The notes under the pieces are model-generated. The model was given only the letters and a program-made list of their open reading frames with translations. It was not told the DNA's origin and did not search any database. A program made the translations under genes and the position numbers. From assembly GCA_038087875.1 (NCBI GenBank), contig CM075989.1:23994001-24058000 (forward strand): a stretch of DNA of 64,000 nt. The letters are read 5' to 3'. This DNA comes from Malacoraja senta (Eukaryota). Of this stretch, positions 52,567 to 64,000 are shown in pieces. The number at the start of each line of letters is the position of its first letter. Within the stretch, counting starts at the first letter, position 1.

Positions 52567-52744
52567 TAATAATAATGGATTGGATTTATATAGCGCCTTT
52601 CTAATACTCAAGGCGCTTTACATCGCATTATTCATTCACTCCTCAGTCACACTCGGTGGTGGTGAGCTACTTCTGTAGCTACAGCTGCCCTGGGGCAGAC
52701 TGACGGAAGCGTGGCTGCTAATCTGCGCCTACGGCCCCTCCGAC
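52567..52744 (-). mobile_element. L2-tail SINE/LINE 3' end with TGTA duplication
   Basis: Minus strand reads ...tgtaaagcgccttgagtattagaaaggcgctatataaat...(att)n. It splits a GC-rich repeat that is contiguous in the copy at 36520-36925. Confidence 0.65.
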
Positions 52745-54928
52745 TGTATGACTGCAGAAACCAAATTTTGTATCAGAAAGCCCCCCCCCCCCCCCCCACT
52801 GGCCAACAATATTAGAATTGGTGGAGAGGTGGAATATTGCGTTGGGGGATCAGCCCTCCTGTGTGATGCTGGGACCCAACGGGTCCCACTTAGTCTAGTA
52901 AGTAAATAGTTTTAACCTGCAAAATGTATCTGTGTGAAGCTATTTTTAAATCTTTACATTGACACTAAATGCCCCACAGCTTCTTACGCCGACAACTACA
53001 AAATCCCTGTTGTTCTTTCCAACTCAATGGCTGAATCAAGCGTTCTGAAGAGACAATGCTGACAAAGACCAAGAGTCCCGAATGAGAGACTGGAGATTAT
53101 TTATGAACATTCACGAGATGTATTAAGTTTCAATTTATACTTCTTGTGTTTATAGTTAAACTGAGAACAAGATCCTAGCAGCAACTGTGTTGATGATTTG
53201 GCAAATATGGGACCAGCCAGTGATATCTAGATTAATTTATCATGCAAATGTTTCCTGTGAGCATTCCTTCCACATTATAAATTCCTCTGATTATATTTAC
53301 AATGCCACTAACTTTCCTGAACTTGTCACACTTTGGAGACATGTTGTGTTCAGAAAACAAACTGCTGGACCACATAGACAGCATGTAACAATTACTAAAA
53401 CAAAGCAGTTATTTCAAACCAAAGATAATCAAATATTTAAAAAATATAGCAGAATTAATTGCCCGTGTTCAAAGCTATTTAACCATTAATTAAATTAATT
53501 TTTTTCAAAAACCAGATGTGAAATTGAAAGATGTCTGGAAAAACCAAACAATAGTTACACCAACAACCTCACAAATAATAAAGTCTTTCTACATTCAGCA
53601 GCTCTACATCAGGGCGGCACAGTGGCGTAGTGGTCGAGCTTCTGCCTCACATTTCACTATTGTCACAGCGCCAGAGACCCAGGTTTGATCCCGACTACGG
53701 GTGCTTGTCTGTACGGAGTTTGTACGTTCCCCCGTGACCTGTGTGGGTTGTTTTTTCTCGAGATCTTCACTTTCCTCCCACAATCCAAAGACGTCCAGGT
53801 TATAGGGCAATTGGCTTGGTATAAATGTTCTATCCAACACTTGCAGGGTAATGTACAGAAGCCAATTCATCTACAAATGTGGGAGGAAACCGGAGAACAC
53901 CTACGTGGTCACAGAGAGACCCACGCAGGTCATGGGGAGATAGATAGATTCTTGATTAGTACAGGTGTGAGATTATGGGGAGAAGGCAGGAGAATGGGGT
54001 TAGGCAGAGTATGAATGGTGGAGTAGACTTGATGGGCCGATGGGGGGCTGAATGGCCTAATTCTATTCCTATCCCTTATGACCTTATGAGAACGTACAAA
54101 CTCCGTAGAGACAGCACCCGCAGTCAGGATCGAACCCGGGTCTCAGGTGCTGTGAGGCAGCAGCTCTACAAAAAACACGATCTCTGGCTGAATACATGTG
54201 AAAAAAACATCTGGCTGCGTCTGGAAGACCCGTGCCTTCCAGATGTTTTCTGTAAAGTCCATGTTTTTGTATGCATTGGTGAAGAAGTCGACGATGACTT
54301 AAGAGCTCAACCTCTGTATTTGCACATCTGCACGTGGCAGCTGTGAGCCAAGGAGTGCACTGAGATGAACTGGACTCTGGAGTGGAAATTGCAATGGTAA
54401 GTTAGTTATAGCCTACACTACCTTATAGGGTAATGTTAGTGTGCGGGGATCACTGGTCGGTGTGGGCTTGGTGGGCCGAAGGGGCTGTTTCCGAGCTGTA
54501 TCCTTAAACTCAACTTGAAGATAAACATCACGCCTGCCGCAAGTCACTGACTTACTGCAAGTTTAAACGGTAACCAGAGAAGAGAAGAAACTAAAGTTGT
54601 TTTTTAAATCACAAAAAAATCTCTAAGGCCATGGCAAAGGTCATTTGCTCTGAAAAAAATGATCTTACTGCCAACAGAAATGTATTTTATAAGTTCACTC
54701 GATAAGACTTTGGCGATTTGTATAATCATTAATGTCAGTGTCGTTATCACTCTGCTACCCTCCTGATGAAAATGCAAGAAAAGTCTGCAACCAGTTTAAA
54801 TGAAATACAAGAAATTACTTTGAAAAGAACAGCTTTAAGATTGGCTTTATAAGAACAGATTTTTTACTGATAAACACAAAGTGCTGGAGTAACTCAGCGA
54901 GTCGGGCATCATCTCTGGAGAAAAAGGA

Positions 54929-54964
54929 TGGGTGACGTTTCGGGTCGAGACCCTTCTTCAGACT
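54929..54964 (-). ncRNA. Minimal hammerhead ribozyme-like motif (Penelope-type)
   Basis: Reverse complement reads gtCTGAAGAagggtctcgacccGAAACgtcacc. Confidence 0.5.
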
Positions 54965-55804
54965 GAAGAATTCAGACGGAATTCACCCATCCTTTTTGTC
55001 CAGAGTTTCTGCGGGTCAGGCAGCATCTCTGGAGAAAATGGATAGGTGACATTTTGGGTCAAGACCCTTCTTCAGTGATGCTGCCTGACCTGCTGAGTTA
55101 CTCCAGCATTTTGTGCCTATCTTTGGTACAAACCAGTATCTAAGGCTCCTCTTTATTACATTATAATACAATGTTTTATTACGTTCAGTTTTCCAACTGT
55201 AACTAACACTGTATTAATGACAGTGGATTTATTCCATGGAAAACAATAACTCAATCTTCACATGATCCAACAGTTATTTTTGACAGCAAAGATCTTAACA
55301 CGCTCAATGCAAAACAGATGGCAAATGTGTGTCAGCCTTGAAGATATTCAGAGAAAACACTGTCAGTTCTTCAACAAATGAGTATAGTGAGAGGTGAAAT
55401 AGTGAGGTGTAATTGAAAGAAGAACACAATATTCTCTGCAGAGCTTGCTATAAATCAACATACATTTCTAGAAAAAATAATGTAGCTTTGACAAGTGATA
55501 ATTAAAACATTAGTAAGAAATTGCAGGAACGCCCCCAGTTCGATATGAAGGCGATTGAAGAAAAGGAACATTTACTGATCGTTTATGGAATTGGCGGGTA
55601 TTTGGAAGTTTTAAGAAAATAAACCAAAGGGGAACATGCCATTTAAAACCATGTTTTGAAAGGACCATGTACAACTTAATTCATTATGGACCTGGCTATC
55701 GTGCAAAACCACTCGCATCTTAGCATCCAAGAAAAACCATAACCCATTCTATTAATAAATACATTTTTCATGACCCAATTATTAAACTTACATAAACCAA
55801 ATTT

Positions 55805-56125
55805 TAGTTTAGCTTATTATTGTCACGTTTACCAAGGTGCAGTGAAAAGCTTTTTGTTGCATGCTAACCAGCCATGATCACATTGAATGGAGGTGCTGGC
55901 TCGAAGGGCCGAATGGCCTACTACTGCACCTATTGTCTATTGTCAGTCAGCGGAAAGACTATACATGATTACAATCAAACTGTCCACAGTGGACGGATAC
56001 ATGATAAAGTCTGATTAAAGATAGTCTGAGGTTCTCCATTGAGGTAGATGGTAGGTCAGGCCCTCTCTCCGGATGGTGATGAGATGGTTCAGTTGCCTGA
56101 TAACAGCTGGGGAAGAAACTTCCCA
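55805..56125 (-). mobile_element. Rex1/Babar-like LINE 3' end
   Basis: Minus strand encodes SFFPAVIRQLN followed by the recurrent 3' UTR (...cttttcactg.acct.ggta.acgtgacaataa). Related copies at 4000-4240, 5600-5870, 34040-34270 and 56345-56600. Confidence 0.6.
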
Positions 56126-56991
56126 TTTACTCAAAGACCAATATAGTTGTTCAGATAATTCTCTGCTGGGCAGCATCCAATAAAATATTCTACTTGATAA
56201 GGCATTCAGACGAATATTTGCTATACCATAAAGATAATTATTAGTTTCTGAAAAGGAGTTAACAAACACAACAACTTATTTTACTCTAAATCTTACCTCC
56301 ACCCTTCTGTGGAACATGATGTCTCCTGATGTCACTTAAGGGTCAACGGTCCTACCAACAACTAGAGAGCTGTCCCGAGCTTCTATCTATCTCATCGGAG
56401 ATCCTCGGAATTTCTTTGATCGGATTTTACTGGCTTTATTTTACACTAAACATTATTCACGTTATTCCCTTCATCATGTACCTGTACACTGTGGATGGCC
56501 GATTGTTATCATGGATTGTCTCTCCATTGACTGGTTAGCATGCAAGAAACGCTTTTCACTGTACCTCAGTACACTTGACAATAAACTAAACTCAAACTCA
56601 ATATAACGTTTGATTAGTTCACAAGACCATACAAGCCAAGTCCAAGTTCTCACCATCATTGATCCACGGTTAGATATCTACTCAAACATTTATTTCATGT
56701 GAAAACAAGTGGACGGGCGATAGGAGTGAGGGTGTTCACAGGAAATGGGATCATGGGGAGAATGGGAGTCGGAGGGGTGGGGACAATGGGATTGGGTGGG
56801 GGAGCTGGGATTTATGGGGTGAATAGGAAATGGGAGAAGATAAGTTGGAGAGAGGTCTTGGGGGAGGGGGGAGGAAATGTGGTTTGGGGAGATGATTTAG
56901 GGGTTGGAGGCAGGCTTGGAATGGGGAGAGACGGGATTGGGGAGGATAGGGGATGGGGAGACTGGACTGGATAGCGGTGAGACAGGTGCGG

Positions 56992-57884
56992 GGCTACATG
57001 TCCCCCAGTGTGCGCTACCTGTCCCCCAGTGTGCTCTACCTGTCCCGTTTGTGCTACCTGTCCCCCAGTGTGGGCTACCTGTCCCCCAGTGTGGGCTACC
57101 TGTCCCGTTTGCGCTACCTGTCCCGTTTGCGCTACCTGTCCCCCAGTGTGTGCTACCTGTTCCCCAGTGTGTGCTACCTGTCCCCCAGTGTGTGCTACCT
57201 GTCCCCCAGTGTGTGCTACCTGTCCCCCAGTGTGGGCTACCTGTCCCCCAGTGTGGGCTACCTGTCCCGTTTGCGCTACCTGTCCCGTTTGCGCTACCTG
57301 TCCCGTTTGCGCTACCTGTCCCCCAGTGTGTGCTACCTGTTCCCCAGTGTGTGCTACCTGTCCCCCAGTGTGTGCTACCTGTCCCCCAGTGTGTGCTACC
57401 TGTCCCCCAGTGTGCTCTACCTGTCCCCCAGTGTGCGCTACCTGTCCCCCAGTGTGCGCTACCTGTCCCCCAGTGTGCGCTACCTGTCCCCCAGTGTGCG
57501 CTACCTGTCCCCCAGTGTGCGCTACCTGTCCCCCAGTGTGCTCTACCTGTCCCCCAGTGTGCGCTACCTGTCCCCCAGTGTGCGCTACCTGTCCCCCAGT
57601 GTGCTCTACCTGTCCCCCAGTGTGCGCTACCTGTCCCCCAGTGTGCGCTACCTGTCCCCCAGTGTGCGCTACCTGTCCCCCAGTGTGCGCTACCTGTCTC
57701 CCAGTGTCTCTACCTGTCCCCCAGTGTGCTCTACCTGTCCCCCAGTGTCTCTACCTGTCTCCCAGTGTCTCTACCTGTCCCCCAGTGTGCTCTACCTGTC
57801 TCCCAGTGTCTCTACCTGTCCCCCAGTGTCTCTACCTGTCCCCCAGTGTGCGCTACCTGTCCCCCAGTGTGCGCTACCTGTCCC
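56992..57884. repeat. Minisatellite of 21-bp units (18/19-bp variants), about 43 copies, containing the exon-1 splice donor
   Basis: Unit ctacctgtcccccagtgtgcg; 43 occurrences of ctacctg counted between 57001 and 57880. Confidence 0.95.
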
Positions 57885-58305
57885 GCAGCAGGCGGTTGTC
57901 CTCCCGCACGCTGCCCAGATCCACCTGTATGCGGGCCCGCTCCGCAGCCGCGGCTTCGCGCTGTCCCCGCCAGTCCTCCAGTTGCTGCTCCAGGAGGCTG
58001 CGGGTTCCCTCCCGCTCGGCGCTGTGGGCCAGTCGCCGCCGCAACACCCGCCGCTCCGTCTCCAGCCCGCAACTCTGCCCGATGCAGGCGGCCAGGCGGT
58101 CGTTCAGCGCCCGCAACTGCTGCATCTCCTGCAGCCGGCTGATGCGGGCCGGGCTGGGGCTGATGCGGGCCGGGCTGGGGCTGATGCGGGCCGGGCTGGG
58201 GCTGATGCGGGCCGGGCTGGGGCTGATGCGGGCCGGGCTGGGGCCAGACCCGGGCTCCGGCGACCCATAGCCCCGCCAGTAAGGCGTGGAGCTCCGCCAG
58301 TCCAT
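57878..58305 (-). CDS. lmnl3: Lamin LIII exon 1 (head, coil 1A, start of coil 1B); alternative in-frame ATG at 58356
   Basis: MDWRSSTP...(PSPARIS)x5 RLQEMQQLRALNDRLAACI...ERARIQVDLG...LLRD AG|gtagcg. Contains the LNDR helix-initiation motif and a phase-2 intron as in lamin intron 1. GC/CpG-rich. Confidence 0.88.
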
Positions 58306-58400
58306 CGGCCGCAGCCGCTCTCCTCCGGCACCGGGGCTAAGTCCCGACCGCCGCATCTCCGAACAGCTCCTCGCCCCGCACTGTGTCTCTCCCGCAGCAG
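57880..58400. promoter_or_regulatory. CpG-island-like region over lamin exon 1 and 5' UTR
   Basis: Very high GC and CpG density against an AT-rich background; coincides with the first exon. Confidence 0.6.
58138..58242 (-). repeat. Coding 21-bp tandem repeat x5 (PSPARIS)
   Basis: gctgatgcgggccgggctggg at 58138, 58159, 58180, 58201 and 58222; perfect copies. Confidence 0.95.
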
Positions 58401-58509
58401 CTCCCAGTCCCGCAAAATCTCCCCCAACACCAGGACAGTTCCAGAGATACGTGCGCCTCCAAACAAAGATAACAGAGATATTCGCCTTAATTGAATCATA
58501 AAAGTCCAG

Positions 58510-60525
58510 GGAGGCTCATCAAATGAAATAAGTATAAAAATTAAAGCGAAGAAGTACAACGTAGCAAAGATGAGCGGGAAGCAAGAGGATTGGGTAATGT
58601 TTAAAGAACAACAGAAGATAACCAAAAAGACAATACGAGGAGAAAAGATGAGGTATGAAGGTAAGCTAGCCAAGAATATAAAGCAGGATAGTAAAAGCTT
58701 CTTTAAGTATGTGAAGAGGAAAAAATTAGTTAAGACCAAAGTTGGACCCTTGAAGACCGAAAAAGGTGAATTTATTATGGGGAACAAGGAAATGGCAGAT
58801 GAGTTGAACAGGTACTTTGGATCTGTCTTCACTAAGGAGGACACAAACAATCTTCCTGATATAGTAGTGGCTAGAGGATCTGGGGTGACGGAGGAACTGA
58901 AGGAAATCCACATTAGGCAGGAAATGGTGTTGGATAGACTGATGGGACTGAAGGCTGATAAATCCCCAGGGCCTGATGGTCTGCATCCCAGGGTACTTAA
59001 GGAAGTGGCTTTAGAAATTGTGGATGCAATTGGTGATAAATTTCCAATGTTCTATTGACTCAGGATCAGTTCCTGTGGATTGGAGGGTAGCTAATGTTAT
59101 CCTACTTTTTAAGAAAGGCGGGAGAGAGAAAACAGGGAATTATAGACCAGTTAGCCTGGCCTGACATGTGGGGAAGATGCTGGACTCAATTATAAAAGAT
59201 GAGATAGCCGAACATTTGGTTAGCAGTAACAGGATCAGTCCGAGTCAGCATGGATTTACGAAGGGGAAATCATGCTTGACTAATCTTCTGGAATTTTTTG
59301 AAGATGTAACTGGGAAAATGGACAAGGGAGAGCCAGTGGATGCAGTGTACCTGGACTTTCAGAAAGCATTTGATAAGGTCCCACATAGGAGATTAGTGGG
59401 CAAAATTAGGGCACATGGTATTGGGGGTAGAGTGCTGACATGGATAGAGAAGTGGTTGGCAGACAGGAAACGAAGAGTAGGGATTAACGGGTCCCTTTCA
59501 GAATGGCAGGCAGTGACTAGTGGGGTACCGCAAGGCTCGGTGCTGGGACCGCAGCTATTTACAAAATACATCAATGATTTGGATGAAGGGATTCAAAGTA
59601 ACATTTGCAAATTTGCAGATGACACAAAGCTGGGTGGCAGTGTGAACTATGAGGAGGATGCTATGAGAGTGCAGGGTGACTTGGACAGGTTGGGGGAGTG
59701 GGCAGATGCATGGTAGATGAAGTTTAATGCAGATAAATGTGAGGTTCTCCAATTTGGTAGCAAAAACAGGAAGGCAGATTACTATCTAAATGGCATCAAG
59801 TTGGGAAAAGGGGAAATACAACAGGAACAGTCTATGAAAGTAAGCATGTAGGTACAGCAGGCAGTGAAGAAAGCGAATGGCATGTTGGCCTTTATAACAA
59901 GAGGAATCTAATATAGGAGCAAAGAGGTCCTTCTGCAGTTGTACAGAGCCCTAGTGAGACCACACCTGGAGTATTGTGTACAGTTTTGGTCCCCTAATTT
60001 GAGGAAGGACATTCTTGCTTTTGAGGGAGTGCAGCGTAGGTTTGCAAGGTTAATTCACGGGATGGCGGGACTGTCATATGCTGAGAGAATGGAGCAGCTG
60101 GGCTTGTACACTCTGGAGTTTAGAAGGATGAGAGGATATCTCATTGAAACATACAAGATTGTTAAGGGTTTGGACACGCTAGAGGCAGGAAACATGTTCC
60201 TGTTGTTGGGTGAGTCCAGAACCAGGGGCCACAGTTTAAGAATAAGGAGTAAGCCATTTAGAACGGAGACGAGGAAACACTTTTTCACACAGAGAGTGGT
60301 GAGTCTGTGGAATTCTCTGCCTCCGAGGGCAGTGGAGGCGGGTTCTCTGGATGCTTTCAAGAGAGAGCTAGATAGGGCTCTTAAAAATAGCGGAGTCAGG
60401 GGATATGGGGAGAAGGCAGGAATGGGGTACTGATTGGGGATGATCAGCCATGATCACATTGAATGGCGGTGCTGGCTCGAAGGGCCGAATGGCCTACTCC
60501 TGCACCTATTGTCTATTGTCTATCG
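58510..60525 (+). mobile_element. CR1-clade LINE ORF2 fragment, 5'-truncated, frameshifted
   Basis: ORFs 58570, 59168 and 59939 carry RT motifs; 3' tail (ctattgt)n. Confidence 0.95.
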
Positions 60526-60661
60526 TCTAAACGCCGCCAGCACAGTAAACCAACATTTAAAGTACAATTTTATTTTGAGTTTGAATTTGAGCTGTGATTT
60601 TAATGCTTACATGGTGTTTTATTTCCTGCTAGTGTTACCTCAACTTTATTTGAAGCAGAGT

Positions 60662-60862
60662 GCACACCTGTATACACACACACACATCTGTACATGCCTG
60701 AACACACACACACACACCTTTACATACACCTGTGCATACATACCTATAAACACACCTGTATACACCTGTACACACACACCTGTATACACCTGTACACACA
60801 TACACCTGTACACACACCTGTACATATACTGACCTACACCAACACTTATCTGCACACACACA
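60662..60862. repeat. Degenerate (AC)n / acacctgtat repeat
   Basis: Visible low-complexity array. Confidence 0.85.
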
Positions 60863-63512
60863 TCACTGTTGCTCTTGGGTAGTGAATGGCCTTTCTCTGA
60901 TGTCAGGTTACCCACAGGAATACACTCCTACATCATGGTACAATGGACTCTTCATTATCACGGGTACCAAGGTACAGTCTTCTTCTTGCATGTGGCGTGC
61001 ACAGCCTAAAGTTGTAGGACAACTTGTTCTATTTGATCTTATTTGATTGTGCACGTCGGGTTGATTGCATTGGTCGAAACAGGATGGACCACGTGACGGT
61101 TGCAATCTCCCACCCCAACCAAGGTCCAGTGAAATACTTGTTTTGCTCACAGCTCAGCCAGACTATCACCAGACATGTGCTCAATCCCCTGGTTAGTCCA
61201 GAATGTAATTGCTACCAGCAGCTTATAAACAGAAAATGCTGGAAACACATGGCAGGTCAGACCGCATCTGTGGGAAGAGAAATAGAGTTAACATTTCAAG
61301 TCAATGAACCTTTGTCAGAATAAATATGTTCATATCTAAAGGGCAGTCTATAACGCTGAGATATCGTACAGCTTGCTCCTCGAACCAGCTTTGTATCTCA
61401 TGTAGAAACGTACCATTTATTGAAGAAGGGTCTCGACCTGAAACGTCACCCATTCCTTCTCTCCAAAGATGCTGCCAGTCCCGCTGAGTTACTCCAGCAT
61501 TCTGTGTCCATCTATCATGTATTGACATTATTGTTATTGCAAATTTCATAAAGGTGTGCATTTCCGCAGGTTCAATAAATTTCTTGCTCTTAATAAATGA
61601 AGACATTTTCGTGCTCAGAAACAAAAATGTAAGCCATAAGAAGGGCCCAGCACATGAACACAATGTTAGTCTGTTAGCTTCAGTTCATGAACTATTTCTG
61701 CACCTCAGGTCCTCACTAAAAAATATTCATACTAAAATATTCACGTATAAATATTATAAAATATTCATGTACAAATATTATAAAATATTCATGTACAAAT
61801 ATTATAATATATTTATGCCTATGAAAGACTTGTGTATGCCAGAGTTTGCGTTCTAAGTCCTCCATTACCAAGCAGTTGTTACAAAAAACTTTAAAGTGTT
61901 TCTCTATAGTTTGTAAATCATAAAACATCATGGAAGTTATCAGTAGCAACTCTCTCAAGTGTTATAATATTTACAGATGATTCATTATTAGTCAACAAAT
62001 TGTATTCAGTCTGTAGAAACAAAAAATGCTGGTTTATACCAAAGATAGACACAAAGTGTGGAGTAACAGTGGGGCACGCAGCATCACTGGAGGAAAAAGG
62101 ATGGGTGACTTTTCGGGTCGGGACCCTTCTGCAGATCTAATAATATAAATACATGTATTTGTGTGTACATATAAAATACATATTTATATGCACATGTATG
62201 TATTAAATATTTATACATGTTTAAATTGTATTCAGTCACTTAATGAATAAAATGAAATTGGTGATAAAAATATTGGGAACATTATGGATCAAATATATAT
62301 TGATCTATTGTAACCCAGCGGTATGAATATTGATTTCTCTAACTTCAAGTAACCCTTGCTTTCCCTCTCTCTCCGTCCCTCCCCCACCCTAGTTCTCCGA
62401 CCAGTTTCATTGTCCTCCTGATTAAATATTACTGATTGTATGCCTCGTTGTCACCTTCCCCTCAGCCAACGAGGACCCATTCTACATTTCCTTGATCATC
62501 GTCTGCTTTGATCAGCCATCATCTTCTTCTTACGTTTGAGGCAGCAGAGGTTATGTAACGTCCTCCTGGCGCTGTAGCCAGCCCTGTCATTTTCACACCT
62601 TACCCTTCCATATCTCTAGTTTTCCTGTCCCCTGACTCTCAGTCTGATGGAGGGTCTCGACCAGAAACGTCACGCATTCCTTCTCTCCAGAGATGCTGCC
62701 TGTCCCGATGAGTTACTCCAGCATTTTGTGTCTATCTTTGGTGTAAACCAGCATCTGCAGTTCCTTCCCGCACAATTGATCAGAACGATGTGATTTTAAG
62801 AAAGAAAGAGAGAATGCAATATCTACACATTCATCCATTTGGTTCCATGTCACTGTAGTGATTTTGCCTCAAGGTTTCTCACTTTCTGAACTTTACCAAC
62901 CTCTCCACACAGTACCAGCTGCTTTTATCATTCTGCAGACCACCTGGAATAACTAGCTTCTGACTCATTGTGCACTAATGGATTACAGCTGAGTTTAGTA
63001 AAATGTGGTAAAAGCTGACCCAAGTTAATTGCACGCTCGGTAATGTTACAGCTAGCGGGAATCACAGTACCATGAGCAGAGAGTTTATTAAAGTCACGGC
63101 AGGCACCAGGGCTCCAGCCTTTGCATTTAAAACAGCATAGAATTGCTTAGAATAACACTATTTTAAATAACCTTCAAAATATTTTAAAGTAACTGGAAAC
63201 ATATTCTCATTTACAACTCTGTAAATTAACCTGTCACGGTTAAAATTAGTGTCACATTCAGTGCAGTGTTCTCTCGTGATATATTGCAGAACAGGCATTT
63301 GTTTTCAGACCGGTGAGGCTAAAACTCTCACTGCAAATAACGTTTGGTGTTACACTACCGTTGATTTCCTAAGAGGGAGTTTAATGATAAAAAGAAGATG
63401 CCAGTGTAACTTGAAAATCCTGCCAGATATTCAAGATTCAAATTTTCCAACGGGCACCAAAACAGTTAATGACCTGGTATCCAGCGGCTCTGGTTTCCTC
63501 CCACGTCCCAAA

Positions 63513-63820
63513 GGGTGGCACAGTGGCGCAGCGGTAGAGTTGCTGCCTCGCAGCGCCAGAGACCGGTTTCAATCCCGACTACGGGTGCTGTACGTACGGA
63601 GTTTGCACGTCCTCCCTGTGACCGCGTGGGTTTTCTCCGGGTGCTCCGGTTTCTAAAGACGTACAGGCGTACAACGTTATTGGCTTCTGTAAATTGTTCA
63701 TAGTGTGTAGGTTAGAATTAGTGTATGGCCGATCGCTGGTTGGCGCGGACTCGGTGGGCGAAGGGCCTGTTTCCACGTTGTATCTCTAAACTAAACTAAT
63801 CTTAACTTAACTTAACTAAA
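63513..63820 (+). mobile_element. HE1-like SINE
   Basis: Full-length copy with (ctaaa)n tail. Confidence 0.85.
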
Positions 63821-64000
63821 CTTGCAAGTTGGTAGTTCAATTGGCCTCTGTAAATTAGTGCCGGTGTGTGGATGAATGGTGAACTGATGAGAATGTGGAG
63901 AAATATACAATGGGATTAATGTATAATTGGTGTTGATGGGAATGGAAGAGAATGAATCATGTGTAGGCAGATGAGGATTTTCTTGGCATTATGTTTGGCA

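Noticed and set aside
18397-58305. Calling the lamin LMNB1 because of the MARCHF3 neighbour
   Set aside because: The sequence is far more divergent than B1 orthologs, lacks the acidic tail cluster, has [11 protein letters not shown] and an SH...C.IM last exon, and has a candidate second CaaX exon. All of these favour LIII.
56904-58494. Long + strand ORFs (412, 513 and 420 aa; LPVPQCA, YLSPSV and CATCPPV repeats) resembling Cys-rich or keratin-associated proteins
   Set aside because: These are stop-free frames of the 21-bp minisatellite, antisense to lamin exon 1; all three frames being open is a repeat artefact.

Overview
Vertebrate genomic DNA, repeat-rich, with three N gaps (3635-3834, 14369-14617, 46737-47141). 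The repeats (HE1/V-type SINE, CR1/HER1 LINEs, Penelope-derived repeats) suggest a cartilaginous fish such as a skate or ray; this is inference. Two convergent spliced genes were reconstructed by hand. (1) A MARCHF3-like RING-CH E3 ligase on + has 4 coding exons and 251 aa, and ends in ETIV. Its first coding exon lies in a ~3.2-kb near-identical duplication that is probably an assembly artefact. (2) A complete germ-line-type nuclear lamin (lamin LIII/lmnl3) on - spans 18397-58305, about 608 aa, with canonical lamin exon sizes, NLS KKRK, Ig-fold tail and CaaX CTIM. The lamin has several unusual features: five perfect in-frame copies of the head CDK1 site (PSPARIS x5); an exon-1 splice donor amplified about 43 times as a minisatellite; a divergent coil 1A; a candidate polybasic second CaaX exon (LIIIb-type); and a CR1 sitting about 150-200 bp upstream of the start codon. 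The introns contain a near-complete Passport-like Tc1 transposon, nested SINE/DNA-transposon/retroposon insertions, L1, RTE, Rex1 and hAT fragments, and many Penelope-derived repeats carrying minimal hammerhead-ribozyme motifs. Family assignments come from recalled motifs, not from database searches.
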